Assembly (NCBI RefSeq): GCF_009914755.1
Contig: NC_060940.1
Origin: the human T2T-CHM13v2.0 reference genome, Homo sapiens
Length of the DNA: 64,000 bases
Reading direction: 5' to 3' (one strand)
Below are positions 13,275 through 37,358 of this stretch, piece by piece (the first letter of the stretch is position 1; each line of letters begins with the position of its first letter). The translations under genes and the position numbers were made by a program. The notes under the pieces were generated by a model. The model was not told where the DNA came from and searched no databases. It was given only the letters and a program-made list of their open reading frames with translations.

Positions 13275-16200
13275 GACGACAGAAGAGAATGGGAACCTAT
13301 ATTCAGCATTCTTAAAGAAAATAATTTCTGACTAATAATTTTATATCCAGCCAAATTAAGCTTCATAAGTGAAGGAGAAATAAGATCCTTTTCAGGCAAG
13401 CAAATACTAATGAAATTTGTTACCACCAGACCTGCCTTACAAGAGTTCCTGAAGGGAGTGCTACATATGGAAATAAAAGACTGTTATCAGCCATTATAAA
13501 AACACATTTGAATACATAGACCAGTGACACTATAAAGCAACCACACAAACAAGTCTGCATAGTAGCCAACTAACAACATAACAGGATGAAGTCTGCACAT
13601 ATCAATATTAACCTTGAATGTAAGTGAGCTAAATGCCCCAATTAAAAGGCATAGAGTAACAAGTTAGACAAAGAAGCAAGACCCAATGGTATGCTGTCTT
13701 TGAGGGAAACATCTCACATGCAATGATACCTGTAGGCTCAAAGAAAAGGAATGAAGAAAAATCTACCAAGCAAACAAACAAACAAAAAGCCTGGGGTTGC
13801 TATTTAATTCCAGACAAAATAGACTTCAAACTAACAAAGATCAAAAAAGACAAAGAAGGACATTACGTAATGGCAAAGAACTCAATTAAACAAAAAGACC
13901 TAACTATCCTAAATATATATTCATGCATCACAGGAGCACCCAGGTTCATGAAGCAAATTCTTACAGACCTGTGAAGAAACTTAGATAACCACACAGTAAT
14001 AGTGGGAGACTTCAACAACGAATTCAGAGTTATTAGACAGATCATTGAGGCAGAAAACTAACAAAGGTATTCAGGACCTGAACTCGACACTTGACCAAAT
14101 GAACCTAATAGAGATCTACAGAACTCTCCACCCCCAAACACCAGAATACACATTCTTCTCATCTGCACATGGCACACACACTCTAAGACTGACTGCACAA
14201 TTAGATATAAAATAATCCTCAGCAGATTTTTAAAAAATCATACCAACCACAGTCACAGACCAGAGAGAAAGAAAAATACAAATTAATACTAAGAAAATTG
14301 ATCAAAACCATACAATTACTTGGAAATTAAACAACATGTTCCTGAATGACTTTTGGGTAAACAATGAAATTAAAGCAGAAATTATGAAATTCTTTGAAAC
14401 TAATAAAGATACAACATACCAGAATCTCTGGAACACTAAAGTAGGGTTAAGAGAGAAACTTATACACTAAACACCCACATCAAAAAGTTACATCTGAAAT
14501 TGACAACCTAACATCACAACTGGAGGAACTAGAGAAACAAGAACAAACCAACCCCAAAGCCAGCAGAAGACAAGAAATAACCAAAATCAGATCTGAACTG
14601 AAGGAAACTGAGATTTAAAAAAACCCATATAATAGATCAATAAATTCAGAAGTTGGTTATTCGAAAGAATTAATAAGATAGATTGACTACTAGCTAGAAG
14701 ATTAAATAAAAAAGAGAAAAGGTTCAAATAAACAATCAGAAAAAAATGGGACATTACCACTGATGCTGCATAAATACAAAATACCCTAAGAGACAACTAC
14801 AAACTTATGTACATAAAAGCTAGAAAACCTAGAAGAAGTAGATACATTCCTGGAAACATACAACCTCCCAAGACTGAACTGGGAAGAAAGTGAATCCCTG
14901 AACAGACCAATAATGTGTTCCAAAATTGAATCAGTAAGAAAATACCTACCCACCAAAAAAATCCCAGGACCAGATGGATTCACAGCAAAATTTTATTAGA
15001 TGTGTAAAGAAGAGCTGGTACCATTCCTACTGAAATTATTTTTAAAAATTGAAGATAAAGGACTCTTCTCTAACTCATTCTGTGAGGCCAACATTATTAT
15101 CATATCAAAACCTGGCAGAGATACAGCAAAGAAAGAAAACTTCAGGCCAATATTCCTGATGAACATAGATAGAAATATCTTCAACAAAATACTAATAAAC
15201 AGAATTTAGCAGCACATCAAAAAGCTAATTCACCATGATCGAGTAGGCTTCATCCTTGGGATGCAAGGTTGGTTCAGCATACACAAATCAAAAAAAGTGA
15301 TTCACCACATAAACAGAACCCAAACCAAAAACTACATGATCATCTCAGTAGATACAGAAAAAAACTTTTGAAAGGATTCAACGCTCCTTAATGTTAAAAA
15401 CTCTAAACAAACTAGGCATTGAAGAAACATACCACTAAATAATAAAACTCTTCTATGAAAAACTCACAGCCAACATCATCCTAAATGAGTGAAAGCTAGA
15501 GGCATTCCCCTAGAGAAACAGAACAAGACAGGGATACCCTCTCTTATCACTTCTATTCAACATGATACCGGAAGTCATAGTCACAGAAATCAGCCATGAG
15601 AAAGAAATAAAAGGCATCCAAATAGGAAGAGAGGAAGTCAAACTATAACTGTTTGCAGACAATATAATTATATACCTAGGAAACCCCATAGTCTCTGCTC
15701 CAAAATTTCTAGATCTGATAAACTTCAGCAAATCTCAGGATACAAGAATCAATGGACAAAAATCAGTAGCATTCCCCTACACCAACAACATCCAAACTGA
15801 CAGCGAAATCAAGAATGCAATTCTGTTCACAACAGCCACAAAAAGAAAAAATAATACCTAGGAACGCAGCTAACAAACAATGCAAAAGTTCTCCACAATG
15901 AGAATTACAAAACACCGCTCAAAGTAATTAGAGATGACACAAACAAATAGAAAAACATTTCATGCTCATGGATAGGCAGAATCAATATTGTTAAAATGGC
16001 CATACTGCCCATGACAATTTACAGATTCAATGCTATTTCTATCAAACTGCCAATGACATTCTTCATAGAATTAGAAACAACTATTTTAAAATTCATATGA
16101 AAAAAAAAAAAGGCCAAATAGCCAAGGTAATCCTAAGCAAAAAGAACAAAGCTGGAGACATCACATTCCCTGACTTCAAACTATACTATACAGTGACTAA

Positions 16201-17590
16201 AACACCATGGTACTGGTCCAAAAATAGACACACAGAAGAATGGAACAAAACAGAGATCTAGAAATAATGCCATACACCTTTAATCTTCTCATCTTCAATA
16301 AAATTGACCAAAACAAGCAATGAGGAAAAGACTCCCAATGCAAAAATGGTACTGGGATAACTAGCTAGCCATGTACAGAAGAGTAAAACTGGACCCATCC
16401 CTTACACCATATACAAAAATCAACTCAAAGTGGAATAAATACTTAAATGTAAAATCTAAACCTATTAAAAACCCTGAAGACAACCTAGGAAATACCATTC
16501 TGGACATGGCCTTGGCAAATATTTTATGATGAAGACACCAAAAGCAATTGTAACAAAAAGAAAAATTGACAAATGAGACCTAGTTAAACTAAAGAGCTTC
16601 TTCACGGGAAAAGGAAATTATAAACAGAGCAAACAGACAATCTACAGAATGGGAAAATAGTATTTGTGAACTATGCATCTGACAAAGGTCTAATATTCCG
16701 CATATATAAGAAACTTAAATACATGTACAAGCAAAAACAAAAATGCCCATTAATAAGTTGGTAAAGGACATGAACAGACACTTCTCAAAAGAAGACACAC
16801 ACAGCCAACGAGCATATGAAAAAAATGCTCAACATCAGTAATCATTAGAAGAATGCAAATCAAAACCACAATGAGATACCATCTCTCACCAGTCAGAATG
16901 GCTTTTATTAAAAAGTCAAATAAAAAAAGATGCTGTCAAAGTTGTGGAGAAAAGGGAACGCTTATATACTGCTAGTGGGAATGTAAATTACTTCAGCCAC
17001 TGTGGAGAGCAGTTTGGCAATTTCAGAAAGAACTCAAGGCAGAATTACCATTCAATCTCACAATCCCATTATTGGGTATATACCCAAAGGAATATAAATT
17101 GTTCTACCATAAAGACACATTCACATGTATGTTCATCACAGAACTATTCACAATAGCAAAGACATGGAATCAGTCTAAATGTCCATCAGTGATAGACTGG
17201 ATAAAGAAAACATAGTACCTATACACCATGGAATACTGTACAGCTATAAAAAATAGTATCGTGTCCTTTGCAGCAACATGGATGGAGCTAGAGGCCATTA
17301 TCTTAAATTAACTAGCACAGGAACAGAAAACCAAATATCACGTTTTCATTCATTAGGGGGAGATAAACATTGAGTATGTATGGATACAAAGAAGGGAACA
17401 ACAGACATCAGGACCTACTTGAGGGTGGAGGGTAGGAGTAGGATGAGGACAAAAAGCTACCTCTCAGGTACTATGTTTATTACCTGGTTGATAAAAGAAT
17501 CTGTATGCCAAATTCCTGTGACACACAAGTTACCTATATAACAAACCTGCACATGTACCCCTGAACCTAAAATAAACTTTTTAAAAAGAA
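13275..17590 (+). mobile_element. L1PA15/16-like, 5'-truncated (end of ORF1, ORF2, 3' UTR), inactivated
   Basis: Endonuclease and RT peptide fragments in the ORF track; 3' UTR ...cctacttgagggtggaggg...ttattacctgg...acaaacctgcacatgtacccctgaacctaaaataaa. Confidence 0.85.
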
Positions 17591-17599
17591 AACAAGAAG

Positions 17600-20180
<2,581 letters not shown>

Positions 20181-20686
20181 AGGTATCATCAAAATTATGG
20201 AGTAGGCAAGCTCTTATTCCCACCACAAAACCATCACAAAATAAACAAAAAATATCCAAGCCAAACTGGACGGAACTCTATAGAACAAATCAGCCTGGAG
20301 CAATGATGCAAAGGCTGAATAAAATAAAAGACAACTTAAAAATGATAGAAAACAGAGTGTATGTTTTAAATGCAATTGCCTTATTTTCTCTCTGCCTTAT
20401 CCACAGTTGTCAAGACAGCAACACGTTTTTCCAGTGTGGCATTCTAGTACATGGTCACAGAAGGAGAAGAGAAGACCCTACTCACAAATTATGTGTTTGT
20501 ATGTTCAAACTTGTCTCAGGGCTACTTGAAATATTGACACAAGGCACTCATTTCTGTTTTGCATAACCAAGAAATCGGAAGAGAAAAGTAGCGATCATTG
20601 CTCAAACATTTCTTAGGAGATTAAAAACAACTGCAGCAACATAGTAACCTGGGACAAAAGATTATGACTGAGACAAAATAGACAGT

Positions 20687-21059
20687 TGCTATGGTTTAAA
20701 TGTTTGTGTCTTCTTTAAAATTCATATTTAGCTTAATCTCCAATGCAATAGTATTGAGAGGTTGGACTTTTAGGAGGTGATTAAGTCATGAGGGTTTCTC
20801 TTTTGTAAATGGGATTAATGCCAATGTAACAGAGGCTTCACATAGTATTTGGTCCTTTTGCCCATTTGCCTTCCACCATTTAAGAACACAGCAGTAAGAT
20901 GCCATGGGAAGCAGAAATTAAGTTTTATACAACACTGAACCTACCAGTGCCTTGATCCTGAACTTCTCTGCCTCCAGAAAAATAAGAAATAAGTTTCCAT
21001 TATTTACAAATTACCTAGTCTCAAGTATTTTTCTATAGCAGTATAAACAGACTAAGACA
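20687..21059 (+). mobile_element. MSTC/MSTD-like MaLR solo LTR
   Basis: Starts tgctatggtttaaatgtttgtgtc, ends cagactaagaca; internal ggaggtgattaagtcatgaggg and ccttgatcctgaactt. Confidence 0.8.
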
Positions 21060-23002
21060 ATACTTTAACATCTGAGATGAAAACTGTAAAGAGAGTAAAA
21101 AGTGACATCAGAAACATGAAAGACTAGGAAGCTCCAGAGTCTGGCCCCCATGGAAACATCAAATGTACAACTACACGCTGAGTAAAATAGCTTTATAGCC
21201 ATTCTAAAATCTAGTTAGACAATGTCAAGAAAAAGAAATATTTTAAATAGTAGAAATTTTTGTGTCCTTTTAACTCATTCTTTCCCCAACCCCTTCCTAC
21301 ATGGTGTAAGAGTCAGAGGAAGTATGGCCCAAGTCCCAGTTCCTACCATTATGAAAGCTGGAATAGCACGTAGCTTGGTTGAAATGTTTGAGTTTGTGTG
21401 TGGCCTACCCACAAGGCTGGATTCTGTCTCCCCTGACTTAAAGTTTAGACAAAGAATGGTGGCATAGCATGGATGTCAGATTAGATTCCATGGAAGGAGA
21501 GAGAACTGCTCTGAAATGCAAAAACTGCAGAGGGATAGTAAGATCCTCAGACACCTAGGAAAAAGAAATTAGAGAGGAATATAATGGGAAATCTAAGACC
21601 CTGGGAAAAAGCTTGGGTGATACCCTTTAAAAAAATTAAGAGAGTTAAATGTAGATAAGAAATACTGAAGAAAAGAATAAAAACTACAACGCAGGCCCAG
21701 ATAGTTCCAGGCCTAGAAAATACCTGAGAATTCCTTATGTCTTCACCCTAGGATAAACTCAAGGCCTAGAGTCCTGCTAATTAGTAAAGGTCTTCCTTAC
21801 CAGTCTACAAATAATGGGAGATGTGGCTGCTTTGCTTCATACCAATTTTTTGACAAAAGATTACAAGGCATACAAAGAAAGAGAAAAACGTGATCCATTG
21901 AAAAGGAAAAATGAATATCCACAAACTAACCCTATAGAAACATAGACATTTGGTGACTAGATAAAGACTTTAAAATAACTGTCTTAAATATGCTGAACAT
22001 CTAAAGGAAAACATGGACAAATAACTAAAAGATATTAGAAAAACAATATATTAAGAAAATGAGAATATTCATAAAGAGAGATTATAAAAATAACCAAAGA
22101 GAGATACCAGAGTTGAAAAATGCAATAAGTAAATAGAAAACTTGACTACAGATGTGCAACTGCAGACTTGAATAAACAGAAGAAAGAATCAGCAAACTGG
22201 AATATAGGTAAGTTGGAATTATTGAATCTGAGGAACAAAATTATTTTAGAAAGGAATGGTGAAAAAGATTGAAGAGAACTGAAGGGACTTTAGATATATC
22301 ATCAAATGGGCCAATATATGCATTATGGGTATCCCAGCATAAGTAGAGAGATAGAAAGGGACAGAAAAATTTATTTAGAGAAATACTGAATGAAAACTTC
22401 CCAAATTTCAGGAAAGACAAAAATAAACAAATACAAGTTTCATATACATTAATTAGGATAAACCCTAAGATCCACACCAATACATTTAAATCAAGCTGTT
22501 AAAAAGCAAAATAAGGATAATATTGAAAATAACAAGAGAAAAGTGATTCATTACATGCAAAGAATCACAGAAAAGATTATTGGCAGATTTCTCGGTGGAA
22601 ACATTGCAGGAAGAAGGTAGTGAGATGATCTATTTAAAGGTATAAAAGAAAACAACCATAAAAACAAATAAAAACAACAGAAAACTAAACAAAAGAAAGA
22701 TAAACCCAGACTTCTATATCTGGTGAAATTGTTCTTCAAAAACGAGGGATAAATTAAGACATGTGCAGGCAAACAAAACCTGGAGGGCAGTTGTTTTTTA
22801 CCCTTAGATCTGCCCTGCAAAAATGCTAAAAGGAGACCCTCAGGTTAAAATGGAAGACTGGTTTATAAAAAGTACCCTAAGGCATATGAAAATGTGAAGT
22901 TATCCAGTAAAGTTAAACACATAGACAAATATTCTTAAAACTATTATAGTAATTTTGGATTCTAACTATTTTTATTTCCTAAAATTTTTTTAAAATAGCG
23001 TC

Positions 23003-29175
<6,173 letters not shown>

Positions 29176-29960
29176 TGAGTAATGATATCATAAATCTGTG
29201 TTAACAACTACAGAAAAATAAACATGTAATTTGTGATATTAATAGAGAAGGTGACACACTAGAATATTATAGTTTTGTACACAGTTTAAGTTGGTATACA
29301 TTTAAGATAGATTTTCATAGTTTTAGGATGTTGTACGCAGTTTCTATGGTAATGACAAAGAAAATATCTATAGAATATACACAAAAGGAAATGATAAGAA
29401 AACAAAAATGTATCTGTGTACAGCAAATAAAATAAGACAAAAAATGAAAGCAGATATGGAATAAATGAGGAAAAAAATTGTAAGACATACAGCAAACAAT
29501 AATACAATGTAAGTTTTCCTTCTATTAGCAGTTACTTTAAGTAAAAAGTAAACTCAAATAAATGGATCCAAATTGGAAAAATAAATTTTTTTTCAATTTA
29601 TAGGAAATTGGATCAAACTATACAGTGTCTGCAAGAGACTCACTTTAGATCCAAAGACAAATATAGATTGAAAGTGAAAGAATGAAAAAATACATCTCAT
29701 GCAAACAGTGCCCAAAAGACAGATGGGGTGGCTCTACTCACATCCAAACAAGAAGATTTCAGTCTAAAACTATTATACAAGACAGAAAGGATGTCCTATG
29801 ACAAAAAGATTCTTTTATCAGGAAGATACAACAATTATAAACACAAATGCACTGAACATCAAACGTACAAAATACAAGAAGCCAACACTGACAGAATTAA
29901 AGGCAGAAATGAACAGCTCTACAATAATACTAGGAAATGTAAATATTCCACTTTCAATAA

Positions 29961-30137
29961 TGAAGACTCCAAATGGTGAGGAGGTGGAAGGAGAATGAAT
30001 GATGAGAAGTTACTTAATGGGTACCTTGTATGTTACCTGAGTGATGACTATCTAAAAGCCCTGACTTGACCACTATGTGATCTATGCATGTAATAAAATT
30101 GCACTTGTATCCCATAAATTTATGTAAGTGAAAAAAA
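29961..30137 (+). mobile_element. Short L1PB-type 3' end insertion
   Basis: gagaagttacttaatgggtac...ctaaaagccctgactt...aaattgcacttgtatcccataaatt plus A tail, inserted in the older L1 EN region. Confidence 0.7.
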
Positions 30138-30240
30138 TGAGTAGCACAACTAGACAGAGAATCAACAAAAAAATAAAGAACTTGAACAACACTATAAGCC
30201 AATTGGAACTAACAGATGTAAAAACACAACACTCCACTCA

Positions 30241-33062
30241 GATGGAGCAAGACGGTTGAATAGAAGCCTACACGATACTTTCCCCCAACAGGAACACCAA
30301 ATTTTTACAACTACACACAAAAAAGCAACATCACAAGACCAAAAAACAAATGAGCAATCACTGTATCTGGTTTTAACTTTATATTGCTGAAAGAAGCACT
30401 GAAAAGGGTAGGTAGGAGAAACAGTCTTGAATCACCAATGCCACACCTCACCAACTTGCTGGCAGTGGCCTTGTAGCACAGAGCAAAAGTCTGTGGCTTT
30501 AGGGGAGGGAGATTGCAGCAACTGGGGGACTTTACATTGAGCTCAGTGCTTCTCTGCCACAGCAGAGAGCAAAGCCATGTTGGGCTTAGCCAGTGTTCAT
30601 GAATTAGGGCCAGTCCTAGCTAGAGGGATTAGCCTATCCCAGCAGTCAAAACTTGAGCTTCTTGGCAGGCCTTTCCACTGCCAGCCAAAGTGCTCAGCGT
30701 TCCTAGGAAAACTTGAAAGACTGTCTAGAACACAAGTATTGCAACTCCTAGGCAACTCCTAGTGCTGGGTTGGTCTTAGAGCCAGTGGACTAGGGTGGCA
30801 CATGAACTAGGGAGACACTAGACAGGGTGGCTAAGGGAGGGCTGCTGCTATCTGTCCCCCAAACTCAGCCTGGATAGCTGGCAGTAACAGAACTGATTCC
30901 TTCCTTCTGGTTGAGTAGAGGAGAATGAGGAGTAAAGAAGATATCATCTTGCATCTTGGATACCAGCTCAGCCACAGTAGGTTAGGGCAGCAGGAAGAGT
31001 TGTAAGGCTCCCATTCCAGACCCTAGCTCTTGGATGACATTTCAGGAAATACCTTATGCCAAAAGGAAACCTGCTTCATGCCTTCAATAGAAGGACCTAG
31101 TCCTGGCAAGATTCATCACATATTGACTAAAGAACCCTTAAGCCCTGAATAACCAACAGCAATACCCAGGTAGTACACCATGGACCCTGGGTTTTGAGAC
31201 ATGCTGGCTTCAGATGTGACCCGGCACATTCCCAGCTGTTGTGGCTATGATGAAAGACTTTCTGTTTGAGAAAAGCTGAAGAAAAAGTAAAACGACCTCA
31301 GCTACAATGGGTTAGAGAACCAAGTGGGCTCGTGGGTCCCCACGTCCAGGCGTAGGCTCTTGGACAGCATTTATAGACCTGGCCCTGGGCCAGATGGGAG
31401 CCCATTGCCCTGAAGGGGGAGTCCTATGCCTGGCAGCATTCACAACAAGCTGACTCAAGAGCCCTTAAGCTTTAAGTGACACTGGCAGTGACCTAGCAGA
31501 AACCTCCATGGAGCAGTGGTGGTGGTGGTGGACACAAGGCTCTTTTTTCTATAGGCTCCTCTGCCTATAGAAAAAAGATCAAAGTGTGAGAAGGGCTTTG
31601 TCTTGTGGTTTGAGTGCCAGCTTAGCCACAGTAGAATTGAACATCGGGTAAATTTACAAGGTTTTAAACTCCAATCCCGGGCCCTCAGATAGCATCTCTG
31701 GATTCACCTGAACATGGGAAAACTCACTGCCCTGAAAAGAGGTACACAAACCTGGCTGGCTTCACAGCCTGAAAATTCTAGAGCACTAGGCCTTGAGTGA
31801 ACATAGGTGGTAGCCGGACAGTGATTACAGCAGGCCTTGGGCAAGAGTCAGTGTTGTGCCAGTTTTCTGTCTGAATGAGTGCATCCCCAGTGGTGGTGGC
31901 CACAGGAGTGCTTATATCCACACAAGCCCAGTATTGTATGGAGAGAGAGAGACTCCATTTCTTTGGGAGGAAGTAAGGGAAAAGAACAAAACCTCCACCA
32001 GGTAATCCATAAAATTCTTTAAGATCTTATCCAAGACCATCAAAGCAGTACCTCTATGAATTTGAGACAACCAGAGCATTATTGGGCTTGGGGTCTAAGT
32101 CCCTATGAATACCTAGAATGCCTTCCCAAGGATAGGCAGAAAAAAGCCCAGACTGTGAGGACTACAATAATTGCCTAATTCTGCAATACCTAGAAACTGA
32201 CAAACATCTACAAGCATTAAGACCATCCAGGAAAAGACGACCTCACCAAAGTAAGCAATGGACCAAAAAAAAAAATCTTGGAAAAACAGATATGTGACCA
32301 TTCAGATGGAATATTCAAAGTAACTCTGTGGAGGAAACTCAAAAAAATTAAAGATAACACAGAGAAGAAATTCAGAGTTCTATTAGACAAATTCAATGAA
32401 GAAACTGAAATTATTAAATAGAATCAAGCAGAAATTCTAAGTTGAAAATGCAATTAATATACTGAAGAATGCATCAGTGTATCTAGGAGAATTTATCTAG
32501 CAGAAGAAAGAATTAGTCAGCTTGAAGACAGGCTATTTGAAAATACACAGTCAGAGGAGACAAAAGAAAAAGAATAAACAATGAAGCATGCCTACAAGAT
32601 CTAGAAAATAGTCTTTAAGAGAAGCTCTCACAGTTATTGGCCTTAAAAAGGAAGTAGAGAAAGAGGTGGACTTGAAACTTTGTTCAAAGGGATAATAACA
32701 GAGAATTTTCCGAACCTAGAAAATATATTAATATTCATGGACAAGAAGGTTATAGAACACCAAAAAGATTTAACCCAAAGAAGACAAAATCAAGTCATTT
32801 AATAGTCAAACTCCCAAAAGTCAAAGATATAGAAAGGATTTAAAAAGCAGCAAGAGAAAGGAAACAAATGTCTGGCAGCAGACTTTTCAGTGGAAACTTT
32901 ATAGGCCAGGAGAGAGTAGCATGACATATTTAGAGTGTTGAAAAAAAAAACACCACTTTTATCTAGAATAGTATATTTAGTGAAAATATTCAGCGTGGGA
33001 CAGATCTTCCAGAGAGAAAACCTACTATGTACCCACAAAAATTAAAAATAAAACTTTTAAAT
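30241..33062 (+). mobile_element. L1MA-type element: 5' UTR and ORF1 joined to the extreme 3' end (ORF2 missing)
   Basis: Starts gatggagcaagacggttgaatagaagcc; ORF1 relic ~32200-32990; then cctactatgtacccacaaaaattaaaaataaaa. Confidence 0.65.
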
Positions 33063-33618
33063 AAAGAACAAAAAATACACCAGAATACATGTTTTCTATT
33101 GTACATAGAATATTATTCAAATAAATTACATGTTGGACTACAGGAGTCATAATAAATTACATATTATTGAAATTATATAAAATATTTCTTTTGAACACAG
33201 TGGAAGGAATCTCAAAAATCGACAGCAGAATGAAAAATGGGAAACTCACAAACATGAAAATTACATAACACACTTAACTAACTGATTGTTCCTAGAAAAA
33301 ATTACAAGGAAATTTACACAATTATTTTGATACAAATGAACATAAAAGCAAAACACAACAAAATATTTGAGGTGGATGCTGTGAAACCAATGCTAAAAAA
33401 GAAATTTATATCTGTAAATACTTACATTAGAAAGGAGAGACCTCAATCAACAGCATAACTTTATGCCTTAAGAAAATATTTTAAAAGAACTGAATCCAAG
33501 GCTAGTGTAAGAAAAAATAATAAAGACTAGAGCCCAGGGTAAACCAAATAGAGATTATAAAACTATAAAGAAATCAATAATACTAACGGTTGGTTGGTGG
33601 AAAAGATAAACAAAATTC

Positions 33619-33906
<288 letters not shown>

Positions 33907-36900
33907 GATAAACAAAATTGACATACCTCTAGCTAAATAACCAAAACAAATAAATAAAAAAGAAAGAGGAATTACATAACTAAAAAAAAATAGAAATATT
34001 ACTGCTGATTTTATAGAAATAAAAAAGACCATAAGAGAGTATTATGAACCCTTGAAAACCAGTTGGATGACCTCAATAAAATGGAACAATCCTAGAAACT
34101 TACTGCCTGCCAAGTGTCAATTATGGAGAAATAGAAAATCAGAATAAAGCTGTAACTAACTAGTAAGTAGATTGAATCACAATCAAATTTCTCAGACAAA
34201 GAAAAGCACAGGATCAGATAACTTTACTGCTAAATTCTACTAATCATTTAAAGAATTAACAACAATCTTCCTGAATGTTTCCAAAGAGTTGAGTAGAATG
34301 AAACAGTTCATTTTTCGAGGCTGGCATGACCCTGATACAAAACACTATGAGTAAAAAAAAAAAATACAGACCAAAGTCCCTTATGAAAATTGACTCATAA
34401 ATTCTCAATAGCATGCTAGCAAACCCAAGAACAACTTATTAATAGGATTATACACTATGATTAAGTTAAGTTTGTTACTACAATGTAAAGTTGGCTCATC
34501 AATGAAATACACCACATTAACAGAATGAAGAAAAAAAGACTATACATGATTATCTCAATTGATGCAAAAAAGCATTTGACAACACTCAACACATTTTTAT
34601 GTTAAAATTACTAATAATACTAGACAATGACAAAAACTACTTCAACATGAGAAAGGATGTTTATTTAAAAACTCACAGGTAACATCATACACAGTGGTAA
34701 AAAATAAAAGTCTTTTCTTTGAGATCAGGAACAAGGCAAGGATGCCTGCTTTCATGGTTGCTATTCAACATAGTACTGAAGTCATAGCCAGATAAATTAA
34801 GCATGAAAAATAAATGAAATCCATGCATATTGAAAAGGAAGTTTTAGAAGATACACAACCAACCATCAGGGAAACACGAATCATAAACAAAATGAGACAT
34901 CATCTTATCTCACTTAGGATGGCTATAATTTAAAAAAATTACAAATGCTGGTATGGATGTGGATAAAGAGAAACATTTATACACTATTGGTGGAAATTTA
35001 AATTAGTGCAGCCATTAGGAAAAACAGTACAAAGTTTCCCAAAAAATTATCAATAGAACTACCAAATGATTCACCAAATACAATGCTGGCTATATATCCC
35101 CAAAACTGTAATCAGTATATTGAAGAGACATATCCACTTTCCATATCTAGCACTATTTACAATAGCTAAGACATGGAATCAACCTAAGTGTCTATCAATG
35201 GATAAATGAATTTACAAGTGTGGCACATATACACAATGAAACACTATCCAGTCATAAAAATGATGAGATTCTGTCCTTTGCGCAGAAACTGCAGAAGCTG
35301 CAGAAGCCACAAGCTGTTGAGGGCACTTACATGGTAACCACTATAGACGTCTGAAAGACAAATGTGGACTCAGTAAATGTGACCATTCCAGAGGGTCTTA
35401 TACTTCTAAGGTTTCTGGACTTTCTCTCCAGAAACCTCCAGATTCTAAAATATACAATCCAAATAAATTTCCTGTGGGTCAGAATTGAAGATGAAATGAA
35501 GATGATTAATTACAGAAAACTATACCAGGAGCCTAATTCAAAAGCTTCTAAAGGGAATGACTTTTCCAGAACCTTATCCTATGTGAAGGAAGACAAATCT
35601 CCCATTCCAGATTCTCTCCCATTCTTCCATTATTATATGAATGAGTAAAGTTAGCCAAAAGGGGTAAGATGTACGTAAATAGTCCAGGGAGGCCAAAACC
35701 ACAAAAGGGAGTAACAGCCAAAAATGAGCTTTTCCCCTGGAGATGCTTTTTCAAGGTCACAGCCCAGAAGAGGAAGCCTATTGAATCTCTAGGTTTCCAT
35801 TGGAAGAACAGGCAGTGCTTACCTGCACTGCACAATCCATTCTAACTAGGATGATGACTATGGATTAAAGATGAAAGTGTGGCAATGCACAGACTCTATC
35901 TGAGGAGAATACAGAAACACTAAGACAATGACAGAGGGTGAGACAAAGGCAGTAGAGCAATGTGAAGCCTCTGACATCATGATTTTTAAGACCAACATCT
36001 TGTAAATGCCATCATAGATCTCAGCTTCTTTTATTATGGGGACTTTGCTGGTTTCCCAGCTGAGAAAGTGAAAATAACAACCTGCATGCACTTCCCAAGT
36101 CTCCACCTGTATCCTGTTTGCTTTAAATCTCTAGGAGAAGAAAGTCAGATAACTGGGCCTAGTGTCAGTGTAGGAGGCACTTCCTAAAAGCTACATATTA
36201 GGAAGAAGGGAAAATGTGTGTTATTGGAATAGTGGGTATGGAGTGGGCTTTCATCTGAATGTATCTGCACCTGCTGGTATTCTCAGATGCAACATTCAAC
36301 TACAAGAGCCCAGTGAAGAAACACGGCACTCCCAAATCTCCTGTAAGTTTTTGTCTTCATTTTGGTTCCACTAATGAAGTGAATCTGGAGCTTCAGAGAA
36401 GGGGCTCCCTTCTGTGTCATTGAATCCTTGCTCTGGGTCTCCTTGCAGAGTTCAATAGGTTTAGTAAGGCTAATCAGTTGTTTCAAGAGATGGTGTCAGC
36501 AGCATATGGTGTCACTGAAGGAGTATGATAAACCAGGACACAGCCATTTCATGCTGGGCTAGAGAAGCTTGGGGGAAATGATTTGTAAGTCCCAGCAGGA
36601 ACCTCTTTGCAAGGCAGGGTCTGGGCTGTTGGGGGCACAGACCAGGTGAGTTAGATATCAATATGTAAAGATGAGGACCTATGGATATTAATTGAAAATA
36701 CATAAATACTTCAAAAAATTCCAATAAATTGAGTCCAAAATTAACCCCAAATTATTCAAAACACAAATTCCTTGACAAATATTTTGGGAGCAATGAGTTC
36801 ATAAAGAATTTGAAACTACCGTTTCAGCTTCTGATTCTTATGGTTCCTGAGATGAGAAAATCATCTCTAATCACACATCACAGAGCAAATCTGTAAACAA

Positions 36901-37358
36901 GAGTGTTTCTATTGAAGATCCTGGGGGATCTGAACACCAGGCAGGTGCTGGAGACACTGTTTCAGGAGTGCCCAGCAGATCTCAGAGGGACCTGCTGGTC
37001 ACTCACGTGGGACATCAGCAGTAACTTCCTCAGTCATCAGTCAGCTGTGCTGGTGACTGATGGATCCAGGACAGAACCAAGGCACCTGCTCAGTGTCATG
37101 GAGAGTGATGGTTCCAGAAATTATCCAGGTGGTCTCTGTGCTTATAAAATGTAGGTTCACAGTGAGGAGCGTGTCCTGAGGGGGATTGTTCTTCTGTGAA
37201 AGGACCTCTGTTCATGAATGTTCATAAATGGAGCAGGGCATGCATTTCCTCAAACAGGAATAGGGCTTGGACCATCAGCATCTCACTCTTGTAAATCTGA
37301 TGTGTCATTTATCTTCCCTTTCTTATTATTAACCAGGCTTTGTGCTATGAAATGCTAT

